From Dicyema japonicum (lineage: Eukaryota; Animalia; Dicyemida): a stretch of DNA of 64,000 bases. Location of the stretch: assembly GCA_011109175.1 (NCBI GenBank), contig RDEW01000004.1, positions 768,030 through 832,029 of the forward strand, read 5' to 3'. Below, piece after piece: positions 48,101-60,379 of this stretch. Below the pieces are notes generated by a model. It was not told the origin of the DNA, did no database searches, and saw only the letters and a list, made by a program, of their open reading frames with translations. Every line of letters begins with the position of its first letter. Position 1 is the first letter of the stretch. The position numbers and the translations under genes are program-made.

Positions 48101-49604
48101 ATGTATTTTACAGCCTTCAAGACCTCTTTCACAGTCCCATGACGTCTCCCGGTGTATTTAACCGCTATTTCTGATGGCGATTGTGTTTCATCGAGCTTTA
48201 TTTTTGCAAATTCTAGCTCTCCCTTAACAACAGCGTCAATGTTGTCAGAACTGAGTCCGCACATCTTCACAATGTCCCCCAATCCGTCATCAACGCACAT
48301 TCTGTGAGTATTTCTTACGATTGCCGATTTAATTTTTGGTCCATCAGAGAAGTAATCGTTCATTGATTGGATCTCATGTCCATAGTGTAACATAAAGTAA
48401 GCATGCCAGTCCTTGAGTTCTAGCTCGTTCTCAGCCCACTCAATTCTTCCACTTAAACTACCAAAATACCGCTTAATGAGGTTATCAGTGATATCTCTGC
48501 AATTTAAGGATCCATTCTCGAATTTGAGGCCCAAGAACTGCTTCATCCTGCAAAACAGGGTCACAATCGAGCTCCGAAAAGCCACAAAATGCCTCCACTT
48601 GTCGTCCCAATCACACACGGTCCAAAGCGAGTCCTCATCGAGCACAGGACTGAACAGCTCCTTTCTGTACACGGCTATGAAGGGCACCTAAATTATTTCA
48701 GTGAGAGTACCTCGACTTTACTGTTGTGAATCAGATCCAACACATTCTTAATTCGTATAGTGAACTCCTCAGCTGAATATTTATTCATTCTCTCCGAGAA
48801 AGCAACTGAGCATGTCTAAAATTAGCATTTAGAGGACCATTCTGCTGAGAGGGGCTTTGGAGAATGCGTGTCTGTAAATCCACGCGGTCTCCTTTTCCAG
48901 ATCCTCAGGGGACATGGAGACCATGGACTTCCCGATAAAACGTTCTGGGAGGTCGATGCTCTTCGTTAACTCCTGTTTTTCTGCACTATGGTCCGCAGGG
49001 GTATCCTCAACATCCGAATCATAATCCACACCGAATATTTGCTGGGCCTCCACCAGTTGTCTTAGTAAAGGACAATTCTTACTCGTCGTTTATCAGGTTG
49101 TCGTTCCCATGGACACAGGGTTTCCCGTATTCGTCTACCACAAAGTCGTCCATGTCGTCACCGTCGTCAAATTCTGTGATCTTGCGTTTTTTGTTTTCAT
49201 TTCCACTGTTTTGGGTTAACTTCCCTCGACTTCGTCATCAGAGCCGATTTTGACTCGTTTAAGCAGTTTCTGGATGAACAAGGAAGATACCTTTCTATCG
49301 AACTTCCGGCCTGTGTTCTCTTCCAAAAGAAGAATATCGTCCTCCATAATCTCGTCGTCGAGACCATCACTTGACAGCTGTTCTGGTTCTGACTCATATT
49401 CGTCTTCTTCGGAGTCGTTGATCAAATCTTTCATTTCCTCACGGATTTTGTCTTCATCCTCAGATTCTTCCTCACTGGAAGATAGTCTTCGTCTTTTAGA
49501 TGTTCGGAGATCATTATCTGATAAATCATCTTCCGACTCGATGGCTTCGATATCAAAAAAATCCTCGACTCTGTTAGATTTATAAAATGCAACAACAACC
49601 TCAT
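45147..49604 (-). CDS. SUPT6H: Transcription elongation factor SPT6
   Basis: MR|VEDFFDIEA.ES acidic N-terminus, EAQQIFGVD, DLPERF, PFIAVYRKE, EIASEP..IRYLR, HPCYSMRYLKDKP, VNRTGVDINRA...LQFVGGLGP.KA, IHPE.Y.W.RKM..DALDY, S1 region and SH2 (RRLIIHHNY...GDCVFRPSSKG..NLTMSWKV.DGIY.H.DI.E..KEN). Many tiny introns and a few indels. Confidence 0.96.
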
Positions 49605-49754
49605 AACACAAACTTATTGATACTTGATACTTATATTTAAATTTAAAAAAATGTGAATATTTATATATTTTATTTTTTTTAAATTAAAAAAATTATGAAT
49701 CGAATTAATCTCTTTATTAATTTAAATTAAATTTATTTAGCCAGTCCTTTCAGA

Positions 49755-51760
49755 CAGGGGGCAAAAGAGCAGGCTTTGATCAACAAATGCCTTTCTGTGT
49801 CTCACGGAAACTCACTTTTGTCTATGTGGGTGGATGTGAAGAAGGCTTACGATTCAGTTGATCATTCTTACCTTGTCGAGTGCCTACACAGTCTGTGTAT
49901 GCCTGTGTGGTTCATCAGCTTTGTAGTGGCTGTGATGAATAGGTGGAGTATTCATCTGAACTATAATAGGCACCGGATAGGCGAGGTAAAACTCAAGAGG
50001 GGGATCCTTCAGGGGGATAGCATGTCTCCGCTACTCTTTGTTCTCTGTTTGGAGCCATTGAGTCGCCGCCTCAATGACCGGTTTGAGCAAATACCAGTTC
50101 ATTGTGAAGGGGTCTGTTTCAGTACAAATCACCTTCTTTTTATCGATGACTGAAGATGTATGCTCGAACAGCCGAGGAGCTCTACTCCATGGGGGTCTGT
50201 GCCAGGGAATTCTTTGAGAGTATAGGCTAGATTTGAATTATTCAAAGTCTGCGACTAACACGCAAGTATGTAGCGAGTTAGTAAGAGTCCTAGAGGAACA
50301 CGAAGGATATAAGTATCTGGGTGTTACCGAATCTCCAAAGTCCCTTATAATGCCTGAGACAAAGCGACAAATTACTGAAGGCATCCGTAAAAGAGCAGCG
50401 TTATTGTGTAAGACGTCTCTAAATGCAAGGAATTTGTTCCTAGCATTAAATGAGTATGCTGTCTCGCTGCTAAACTACTACATAGGTGTTGTGGAGTTTG
50501 AGCCCAAAGAGTATGATGAGATGGATGTTATGATCCGTGGAGTACTCAGAGAGAACCATGTCCATGTGTTGGCAGCCAATAAGGAGAGACTATATTTACC
50601 CCGTGATAAATTCGGCCGTGGACTGTGTGGAGTAGTCCAACTAAGTGAGCGTATCCTAATGCGAATGCACGACACCCTGATAGCTGGGTCAAGTGTGTCT
50701 GCTAGGAAGCACGCCATAATAACGACCGAGAAAACACGGGCAACCCACCTAGGCACTATCAGACCTTTTTTGTCTGCTAAGTATGGTGTTGATGATGGTG
50801 GGCTAGTAAATGTGAAGGCGTTGATCGAATTACAATATAATAATTTGATGGAAAAGATCAACTTAAAAAGCCTTCATAAGGTCCTCTTCAGAGCATTGGA
50901 CAACCCACATGTCGACCTTAAGTCGTCGACAATATGGCTAAAATACGGTGACAACTCACCTCGATCGGAGGCGTTGTACACGTATATGCAAGACCGCAAT
51001 ATTTTTTGGGGTCGATCAACAAATACATGTCCCCACTGTAAGTCAAGGAGCATGTCGGTTGATCATTTAGCCACTCGATGTGGATCCATGCTCTGCCACG
51101 ACTATGTGTGGAGGCACAACGAGGTAGTAAGGAGTCTTCATCTTCTACTATGCAATAAGTATGGTATTCGCCACACCAGAAAGTTGCGGACTCATAAGGT
51201 GCAATCTGTAGTAGAGAACACCAGGGTCCAAATTAAGGTAGACAGTGTTATCCGTACCTCGGTGCTAGTCAAGCACAATAAACCGGACATTGTGGTACAC
51301 GATAAGGAGTCTGGCCAAGTCCTTATCATAGAGGTTGGCATCACGTCTCAAGACCGTTTGCAGACTGTGGAGGTGGAGAAAAAAAGGAAGTATGACTTTC
51401 TTGCAAACGAGATGGGGCAGATGCTTGGTTGCAAGGTCCTCGTTATTCCTATAGTAATGACGTGGGAAGGAATTGCAACAAAGTACCACAAGGGTTATCT
51501 GAAGCAGTTGGGGGTAGATAGGAAGCTCCAGGCCTATCTACAGTCCACTGTGTTAAAGCGGACCCTAGAGAGCCTGACACTGGAGTATAGGAGGCAGAGC
51601 CCTGAGATGCCATATGGGCAGAGGGTTCAATTAGACAAGCGCTCTCGGAGTTGTTTCAGCAACCAGAATCGAACCTGCCTGAGGAGGCTGGCGAACAGGC
51701 AGGCGAGGAAGGTTGTTGATTATAAATATATTAACTTTTTTATTGTTTGTTAAATTAAAG
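49755..51760 (+). mobile_element. 5'-truncated RLE-type non-LTR retrotransposon (R4/Dong-like)
   Basis: RT (QGAKEQALIN, WVDVKKAYDS.DH, RGILQGDSMSPLLF, LFIDD, YKYLG), CCHC (CPHC...VDHLATRC), RHNEV and RLE (KPDI...IIEVGIT...EKKRKYD). Flanked by a 22-bp perfect direct repeat ttatttagccagtcctttcaga at 49733-49754 and 51761-51782. Confidence 0.92.
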
Positions 51761-51789
51761 TTATTTAGCCAGTCCTTTCAGAAATTCTC

Positions 51790-52285
51790 AAAGGATCCTC
51801 GGGCGACTTTTGACATGCATATGTCATTCTCTTCCCATGTTGAAAACGTAATTACAAAATGCGAAAAGAAAACTAATGTTCTGAAATGCCTCACAGGTTT
51901 ATAAAAAGATCGAAAAACATTCTGCTTTGAGCACTGTACATAAACACTTCATTGGACCATGCATCTCTTATGCATGTGGTATATGGGGCCCATTCATCTC
52001 TTGGACGAATTTCTTGATGATCGAGGCAAGCCGAAAAGAGCCTCCAAAACACGGTACGTTGGATTTCTGGAGAGTTCCAGCCACCAATGCCTCTCGAAGA
52101 CTTGGTGCGAGTGAACCATAGAACTCGCCGTCGTGACTGCGAAGGTTCCAGTCACTCGACCGATACGTAGTTGTGTGGAATCGAAGGAGGAGCATCGGTC
52201 CAAAATGAGGTCCCTGCTAGAGCGTGCTGGGATCACGTGATTAGTTAGTTTGTGTGACCGTGGTCTCTGGTGTTATTATTATTAG
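51790..52285 (+). mobile_element. Ingi-related LINE 3' fragment ('AGIT*' family)
   Basis: FDMHMSFSSHVENVITKCEKKTNVLKCL...HFIGPCISYACGIW, ending RSLLERAGIT* followed by ttagttagtttgtg and (TTA)n. Confidence 0.75.
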
Positions 52286-53469
52286 AACTGATGAGTTCAT
52301 TTCGCGGATATAGAAAACCACCCTGATCTACACTCCCCATTGGAATTCAAGAGATCTAAGGACTGCCAAAACAGAGTTAAAGAGATATTGGAAATTATCC
52401 TCAATTTTGTATCCAATGTCTCCTGAATCTACTCACAAAAATAGGTTGAACTTAATTTAAGAAAATGAAGACATCAAGAACAACTGAGTCACCAGCTAAA
52501 CATTCCGATCAAGAACCTTAATCCCTGTCCAGCCTCTTCTAATGGAGACTATCCATGCTTTTTGGTTTTTTTACCTAATCCATTTATAAGTCTCTGAAGG
52601 AAAGAGACTTTTCCAGGAGTTGTTACCAGCAGTTTCATCCCCAACCAGCTTAACTCGTGTTAGATTCATTTGAGGATTAATTGATATTATTGGGAAATTA
52701 TCATAATCAATGGTTTTTCTTAATTAAATAAAATTGATCATTTTAATCATTTTTTTAACATTCTTTACTGAGACCTTTAAAATCCATTCAGTGTCTCTGA
52801 CGTCTTAATCAGCTTATATGGTCGACCACAACAAAGTCATATAGACAAGACCCAAGGGAAATTCCTATGGAATTATTTCCTGGCTGACTTTCCAATGTGT
52901 TTGATAAAAAATAAAATCAAATTTAAATTTCAAACTATGCTGGTGAATATAATTGCTATTAAAATTTCTGAGGAGCAGTCGATAAGTTTCCTTAGAATAT
53001 GTGCACTAATCAAGTCAATTAGACAAGTTTGAGGTTTGTCTCGGTTGATCGAAATTAATTAAAAATTTAATGTAACTATACTATTCAAGTGGATTAAAAC
53101 TTTAGAGTGTATCTGAAGCGTTTCATAATTTTATAATCACACCTTAGCCAGATATACTTATCTAGCTGAAGAGCTCAGTCTCCATGTTCCCCATAATCAC
53201 ACGTGTGTTGCTATTCTAGGAGTACCTTCGTATGGAGAAACCAAATTATGACGCCTAAAAGATAAGGGTATCAAGGAAAGAATAAAATTACCACAAGATG
53301 GAGGTAACCAGATGGATAAAGTGGGTCACGTGGCTTGTGAACCGCGTGATGAGTGGCTAACGGTCTCATTGGATATAGAACTACTAAAATGAGACGATTA
53401 CTCAAGCTAAAATAAAAGATAGAATGAAAAACAAGAAAAATAAAGTCCATAACCAAATGTTAATTTTAT

Positions 53470-53706
53470 TTAATCGTCGTCTTCTTCATTTAGGATTGAG
53501 ACAAGAACTTCGTCGTCGAGTTCTGTCTCAAACTCATATTCACTGCACTGAGATAGTCCTGCATCAGATAGTCTTCTTGACAACTCTCCCATTCCTTCTT
53601 CGGGACAGTCAAAGACTTCGTTATAAATGACGCTGTCATCTTCCAAGGGGGTATCAACTACATAGACAGAGGAGCCTCTTCTGCACACAGACACATAGAC
53701 TGACAT
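53470..53706 (-). CDS. Small acidic protein of unknown function (78 aa)
   Basis: ATG-initiated ORF with coding-like composition, an acidic C-terminus and an AT-rich 3' flank. No family recognised. Confidence 0.4.
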   Translation of the reverse strand: MSVYVSVCRRGSSVYVVDTPLEDDSVIYNEVFDCPEEGMGELSRRLSDAGLSQCSEYEFETELDDEVLVSILNEEDDD

Positions 53707-55889
53707 CTTCGCTCCGCAAAATTCTGATGCCTTATATAGTACGAATTTACGCTGGAATTTTCCAGTGGTTTATTTCATTGTTATTGGCTTTATCGGCAGA
53801 ATTAAATATTGATTATATCTTTAAATTGATATCTCTTACTAATTGAATGTTTATTCCTTCTATTTTTACTTTGATTGTTAATATGGTGCTCTATTAGGAA
53901 TTTTAATCAATCTTAAAGCGGGAAATTAATTAAATCCCACATGTCCTCTTGTAGTGGAAGTTTCTTTTGGTTGAGCAGAAAGTCGATATAATCTTCATTT
54001 AAAATTATTTTCATGTAATTATAAAAAAAATTTATTCATGTTAGATTAGTATATCGACTAGAATTCACAAAACGTTAACTCCAAGTGCGTGGACACCTTT
54101 TCAGACGCAAATATTCGATTCTGTCAGTTATGTTTGCAGAAGGATGGATGAGAAGGTTGATCGCTGAAGGAACAAAAAGGAGGAAATTCTATGCTCCAAG
54201 CGACATATTATTTATTTAGTCGATCTCTGTAGAGGCGTTTGGAACGTTCCGCCCAGCACGATAAAATTTGAAGTGATCAACCAACTTGCTGAATCATGGA
54301 AGGGAGATCCTAAAACGACATTATGGTACTTCCAGAAAATTGGCTTCAAAAGAAGGCCATCTCTAGGAGTATCAAGTTTCGAGAGTTTTCTGTGGCGTTG
54401 CCTCCACATAAGTATTAAGAACATTCTGGAAGTAATAACTAATGATCCCTTCTTCCTCCCCAAGACACGTCCTTTATCCGAAAGTTCGCAAATCTGATGT
54501 CTCCAGAGTCCAAATACGGAGAGAGGTTATATATCCACATTGGAGAAGTGAAGACACAAAGTGTACCATAGCTACGTCTCCAACTCAACCATCAAACCAC
54601 TATGCTAACTGGTAGTATACAAGTGGGGATTTCCAACTGTCTCAATTCTATTCAAGTAAATATTGATTTAATTTGAAAACATTGACTACAATTGTCTCAT
54701 AAAATAAATCCCATGAAATATTCTTTACAAATCATCGTCTATTGATGCGCTTGAGTGAATTGAATAATTGAAGTTGATTTGAGTGCTTTTTATGAGTAAA
54801 CTATTTCACTGTGTTTTGAGGGAAATGATTCAAAGATTGGAGATACTAGATTAACCAAGGTTGCTGGATTGTAAAGTTGCTAGATTCTAGTAAGTTTACT
54901 TTCAGCATATCACATCGTTTATGAGAAATTCACGGATTTTATAAAGCACGTGTTTGCTGACTTTAGACAAAATCTTACCAGTAACCCTCTTGTGCTGCTT
55001 AAAGTAGACAATTCATCTCCACGTTTCGAACCAGAAACATCTGTCGAAACGCCTTCAGTTCGAAAATTCATGTCTCCCAAGTCATAATACATCCAAATCA
55101 GAACGTGACTCAAATGCACGAGGTACTTTACTTAAAGATCAAGAATCACCTCCATTAGGTGATTGCTCCTATTTGTCTACCATCCTCATTTTGGGTTTCC
55201 CAAAATCCCAGGAAGATCAACGCTTGTGTGGTTGACGGACGCACTAAGTCTCTGTTAATATTTGAAAACCCCAATACAACTGATAGCTGATAACCAGCTA
55301 GCCAAATGGTCATAAGATTGAGCACTATGGCATAGCTCTAGAACACTAAATCTCTTCATCTTCAGATATATTCTCACTCCCTTTTCTTAATGGACCTAGG
55401 CATTGAAAAACAAATATTATTTTGAGATCTCCCATATGATTATTACCGTTAACGTAAATTTAAAAAGCTATGCTCGAGGATCCTGAAGACAATCTCAAAA
55501 CCCCTTGGTGAGGGATGCTACTCTACCTGACAGCCCCCTCTACGAAGCCATGGCCAAATACCTTAAAACCCATCCTAAATATGATATCTACACGTCTTTT
55601 TGGAGAACCATCAATGATTCTCTACCACGTAGGATAGAACTCCCCCATATCGGTCTGTGGTCAGTCATTTAGTTTGGAATTCTTCTTTCCTTTCAACTAC
55701 GTGATCCTGGTAATAATAATTAAAAGCTCACTCGTCCCCCTTTACGAAATCAAACTCAGGAGATCGCGGATACGCTTATTTAAGGGACTAAAAATATCGG
55801 ATATATAATGTTCCGGGATGGTATTCCATATTCCAGAAATTGGGGAACATTGACTATGACCTCCCTTCCTAAATTAGAACAAGAGGACT

Positions 55890-56175
55890 AAATAAATACT
55901 GCTCTTTACTAGGAGCCATATTAGCAATAGCTCCTCCCAGACAGGGCACTTTATTTAGGCAAAGAACAGTTACCATAACTTGAGGGAGAACCAAGAATGC
56001 TCTTCACTTTTTTCTTTTTGTTGGATGTGAGTCCTTAACAGACGATCCGATTCCACAGTGAAATGTTCACTGATGACGTCACTTGTTAAGCCAAAATCAT
56101 TGATTCGTGCAACCTGAGATTCGAACTAGGGGCCTTTAGACCTTTTGCCCGTACTCATTACATAGCCACCCTGCC
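55890..56175 (-). mobile_element. tRNA-derived SINE family A
   Basis: A-box-like tggctatgtaa, B-box agttcgaatc, stem cagtgaa/ttcactg, tail aatatggctcctagtaaagagc. Confidence 0.8.
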
Positions 56176-56258
56176 ACAAGAGGACTAATAAGATTATCGT
56201 TAATTTCAAAGTTACGACAGCAAAATCTGTTGTTATTTTATGTCACAGCAAATAATCG

Positions 56259-58673
56259 TTAAGAAATGTCAGAAACGACCTTAAATTGATAAAAGAAGGC
56301 AGAGTCTTCATCGAAACAAACAAGTTTCGTGTCATTTCCGCATAATATTATCTTTTTAATTTGCTTCACAGTGGAGAGAGCTGTGCCAGGTTGAATCTCG
56401 TCATCCTAAAATTAAATTCTCCCTCAAAATACGGAATTTACAGCAATTAATCGTCCCGTTGTCGGAGGTAACGATAAAATCGGAATTCCGTGAAATGGCG
56501 AAAACCCCGTTATAACAGTTTCGATTTCCTCCAAAAATATCTAAACTCAATCAACTCCGAACAGTAAATTAAGTCTAATCTGGAGCAATGGTTATCCATC
56601 CACGGAATAACGGAGAAATCATCGAACGTGACTTCTTTCTGCGTTACTGCGTTCCTGAAACGTCAGTTTGCCGCAAACCAAGCGAATACTTTATTCTGGA
56701 AGACATGAGAGCTCGCCGCAATGTTCACCCAATCCCAAGACCATTCAATGTGGTCAACCTGGCAGTCCTCCAGCTAAAAGATTAAGAAATTCAAAGCACG
56801 TGGAAATCTGACATTTTTTCGTATTTCTTTCCGTAATTTTTGTAGTGGAAAATGCTGACAGTCCCGCAATCGTAAAACACGGCCAACTTTCCGTTATTCG
56901 GACTAAACGAGGCCTTCACTGCTGAAGCCTGTCCTTCAACCAAAGAACACTTTTCCGACAAATTGAGGGACTCCAATATAACGAATCTTCCGTAGTTCGA
57001 CCCAACAAACACCATCTTCCCGTCAAAACTGACTGAAATGGACATAACCGGGATCTGACTACTTTTTCGGAATGATACCTGCATGTCGACAGATTTGATG
57101 CTCCTGTTTGTGATTAGGTCCCATTTTACTATTTTCCCCAGGTTATCCCCGCTAATTACAAAGTGCTGCTTCCGGGAAACGGACAAATCCGTTATTTTGC
57201 CGCTGTGACCCTGAAATTCTAAATCAGTCAACTTGGAAAATTTCGGAAATCTGAGAATTCTTGAGCTCAAAAATCGCATTGTTCGAAGCCATGAAATAAA
57301 GTTTGTAAAATTTGTAGCAAAAACAGGTCACAACTCCATCGTCAACCTCAATTTGGTAAAAACCCTAAATTACCGTAAAAGTCGCGATGCATTGCTTATT
57401 GGCAAGTCTCCACTGTTTGATGAGCCTCTCCCTGCATGCTGTGACAACGCAGTCAGAAACTAAGGCCATGGCGGTTATCGCTGAGTTGTGGGCTTTTTCT
57501 ATCTGAAACAACATTTTTTTAGTTTCTAAATTTGCTCAGTAGCTACCAATTTTCCAGCATTCCAAAGAACCCTCGGAGTCCCCCAGAATCAAATCTCCCT
57601 TCAAGTCAAAAATCGCAGTTTTATGGTAACTTTGAGTATTTTTCTACCACGTGTTTTTTAATTTACTTTATCTGCCTTAACTTTGCGCAATTCGTTCCTT
57701 TCGATCTCAAAAAACCACAATTTTCGATTTCCTATCACAGCAAACACATTTTCCTTGCTGGGTGAGTAAACCAAACTGAAGTCCCGTAAACTCAAATCCT
57801 TTAAATTGATCCCTCATCTCTACAAGTTTGATTTCCGCGACCCTCCGTTCGATTTTCCAGTTTATGACCCTCACAAAAGTTCCGATGTCCTGAAGAACAG
57901 CAACCAGGAACCTTCCGTTCGTCTCAAAGTCAAGAATATTTAAACAGCGATCGAAGAAAAGCTCATAGAGCTCAACCTTTTAATGGATTTGTCGAATTTG
58001 ATGACTTTCAAGGTCTTCAAAGTTTCCAAGTCCCATATTCTTACTAAAACCTAATAAATATCATTTTCGACTGACCCGGTCCGTTACTTCCGACGAGGCA
58101 CAAATCGTATTATTCGGATGGAAGCAAATTCTGTGGAATCAGTAAAATTATACTTTTCTACTTTGGAGAGATGCTGGGAGTATATTCTCTGCTGGTATTC
58201 CACGGGATCGAACAAAACCACAAATCGGCCCACGTGATAAACTAATTCCTGAGACAGGTTCATAAACAGTGATGACCCCCTTCCGTCGAAAGAGTAACTA
58301 AAATTATTGAATTATGTAACATCCATTCGATTTGTGTCTCCCTGTCGGGTTTTCTGGTTGAGGCAAAGCAGGTTTTTTGCGAAAATTTCGAAAAGTTTTT
58401 TCTGGTTAATCCGCATTTATCAGACACGCGCCTATTAGAGCTTAAATAATACAATTTTGTTTATTCTTCATTTTCTCAGAGTACAATTCGCAGTAAGTTT
58501 TTTCCCGAGCTGGAATTTTGTGACCTTGAGATTTTTTTAGTTTGACAGTTGTTTTTCCATTCGTTGAAGTTGTGGTTTAAGCAATTTAGCTTGTTCTCAC
58601 TGTGGGCGATCCGTCGTTCAATGTTGATGATCTTGTCGGCCAATATATCCTCAATGCTAAAATCCTTGTTCAT
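56259..58673 (-). CDS. EML/EMAP-like microtubule-associated WD40 protein (divergent); exon boundaries approximate
   Basis: N-terminal coiled coil (ADKIINIERRIAHSENKLNCL), HELP-like TQIEW, QELVYHVGRFVVLFDPVEYQQRIYSQH (compare GEIVYFIASVVVLYN....QRHY.GH), ICFHPNNTICAS, VRIWDLETL and FQGHSGKITDLSVS..QHFVISGD. Confidence 0.65.
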
Positions 58674-58879
58674 TTTTTGCGTGTAATGAAAATTTGAGTA
58701 ACAGCATATATAATTGAGGACGTCATAACCTTGGGGCATATATTAAGTACGAAACATTGTGGATCAATATTTATTGATACACACATCTAAATTACTAGAA
58801 TAGTCAATTAGAAAATTCCCTTTTGCTAATGGGCGGAACCTCTGAGACTAAAATTTGGCCGTTTCAGTCTCAGAGTCAG

Positions 58880-59125
58880 GTCATGCTTTAAGCAAGACGA
58901 GGATCAGAAGAGAAAAATGACCAAAGCATTTGGAAGATCACTTGAATGTCTCATTTGTTGTTGAGATATCAGGAATCCTCGGCCACAAGCGGACGATCTA
59001 GTCCATCGAATCGGCTCATGACCCAAAGGGTCACCTAGGATACACGTGAGACTAGATGGCTCCAGAGCGTATCTCAATAGCTTTAGTCAGAGGAAACAGC
59101 CTGGCGATTCAAGCTTCCTAGATTG
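58880..59125 (+). mobile_element. CRE-like 3' end fragment
   Basis: VVEISGILG...RETRWL..RISIALVRGNSLAI across frames. A related piece lies at 62640-62820. Confidence 0.65.
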
Positions 59126-59328
59126 ATGATAACTCGGAATATCTAGGAAGACAAGTCATTCTAGATGGTTACTGAGAGAGGAAGGGATCACTTAATGGCC
59201 ATGTTTTTTTTATTTAATTGTGATTCTTGAAAAAGATTACGCGTTAATTCAAGCTGGAAAATCACCTCAGTAGACTAGGATGTTTGCAGGAAACTGTTAA
59301 AGGAAAAAGTGGAGGTAACTTTTTTTAA

Positions 59329-59624
59329 AGCCTTTTCACGAGAGCCATAGTATCTATAGCTCCGCATAGGCAGGACACACACTTTATTTAAGTAAAGAAC
59401 AGTTAATTTTAACTAATCGTAGAACCAAGGAATGATCTTCACTTCTTTTTTTCATTTTCTTGTGTGAGTGTCCTTTCTAGACAATCCAGTTCCGCAGTGA
59501 GTATCCACTGATGACGGCGTCACTCGTCAAACCCTTTCTGCATCGTAGATGCGTGGAACCTTCCACGAGATTCTAACCCGTAGCCTAAGCCACTTAGCCC
59601 GACACCTAACCACTATGCCACCCG
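59329..59624 (-). mobile_element. tRNA-derived SINE family A (best-preserved head)
   Basis: A-box TGGCATAGTGG, B-box-like GGTTAGAATC, four-way-junction core, tail tatgcggagctatagatactatggctctcgtgaaaaggc. Confidence 0.88.
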
Positions 59625-60379
59625 ATTTAACTACTAGAACCAATTAGTGGTGACACATTTTGCGGTATTCGTTCGTTTGGCCATTCGATTAGTTGGTGTT
59701 GAGTGATTCTCATCGATTTATAGTGAATTACTAAGCAAATTAAATAAGCCATAATAATTAAATTATTGGAAATTATAGATAATCCGGCTAAATTAATTTC
59801 TAAGTCCACCTGTACCACGTGGACTTTTGGAGACAACAAAATACCGGGGAGAGACTTTTTGAGATTAACGATCGTTGTTCAGAGGAGTATTGTAGTGTGA
59901 CAGCCGAAATACGGTCAAACATCATTCACTATGGGTGGAAGAGAAGTTCGAGATTCTCTGTCTACCTTGTATTCAAAATTCAGCTTTAACGTGGAGTTAT
60001 GTGGTTCGCCAATTCTGTAAGCTTAGAGATTGACGACAGTCAGAAAAGGGCATTCAAAGTTACGAAGCGATTGACTCTGGAAAGGACTCCTCTCCAATTC
60101 ATCTTGAATCCCTATCCGTAAGAACCGATAGGCACTCTCGTTCAACTGTGAGCATCGGGTTATGCGCTAGCCGATACGTGCTTGTGTCGACTTGAGGAAG
60201 GGGCATTGAGCGAGATGAGGTCTCCGCTGTGGTGGAACACCCTCAGATTTTTGAACACTTGGTGGGATCTCGTAGAAAGGGAAAAGACCAAAAAACCTCG
60301 ACGTGAAACAAAATTAATTAATTATGACTTATTTAATGGTTTATTTGATTTTAATTTAAAATAAAATTTCACGTTGACT

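Noticed and set aside
49733-49754. Direct repeat ending in ...ttcag read as a spliced-leader exon targeted by the RLE element
   Set aside because: No GT donor, Sm site or array follows either copy. A plain TSD explains it.
54200-55700. Possible degraded L1/Tx1-like LINE remnants (similar texture at 7780-8080)
   Set aside because: Too decayed to assign from motifs.
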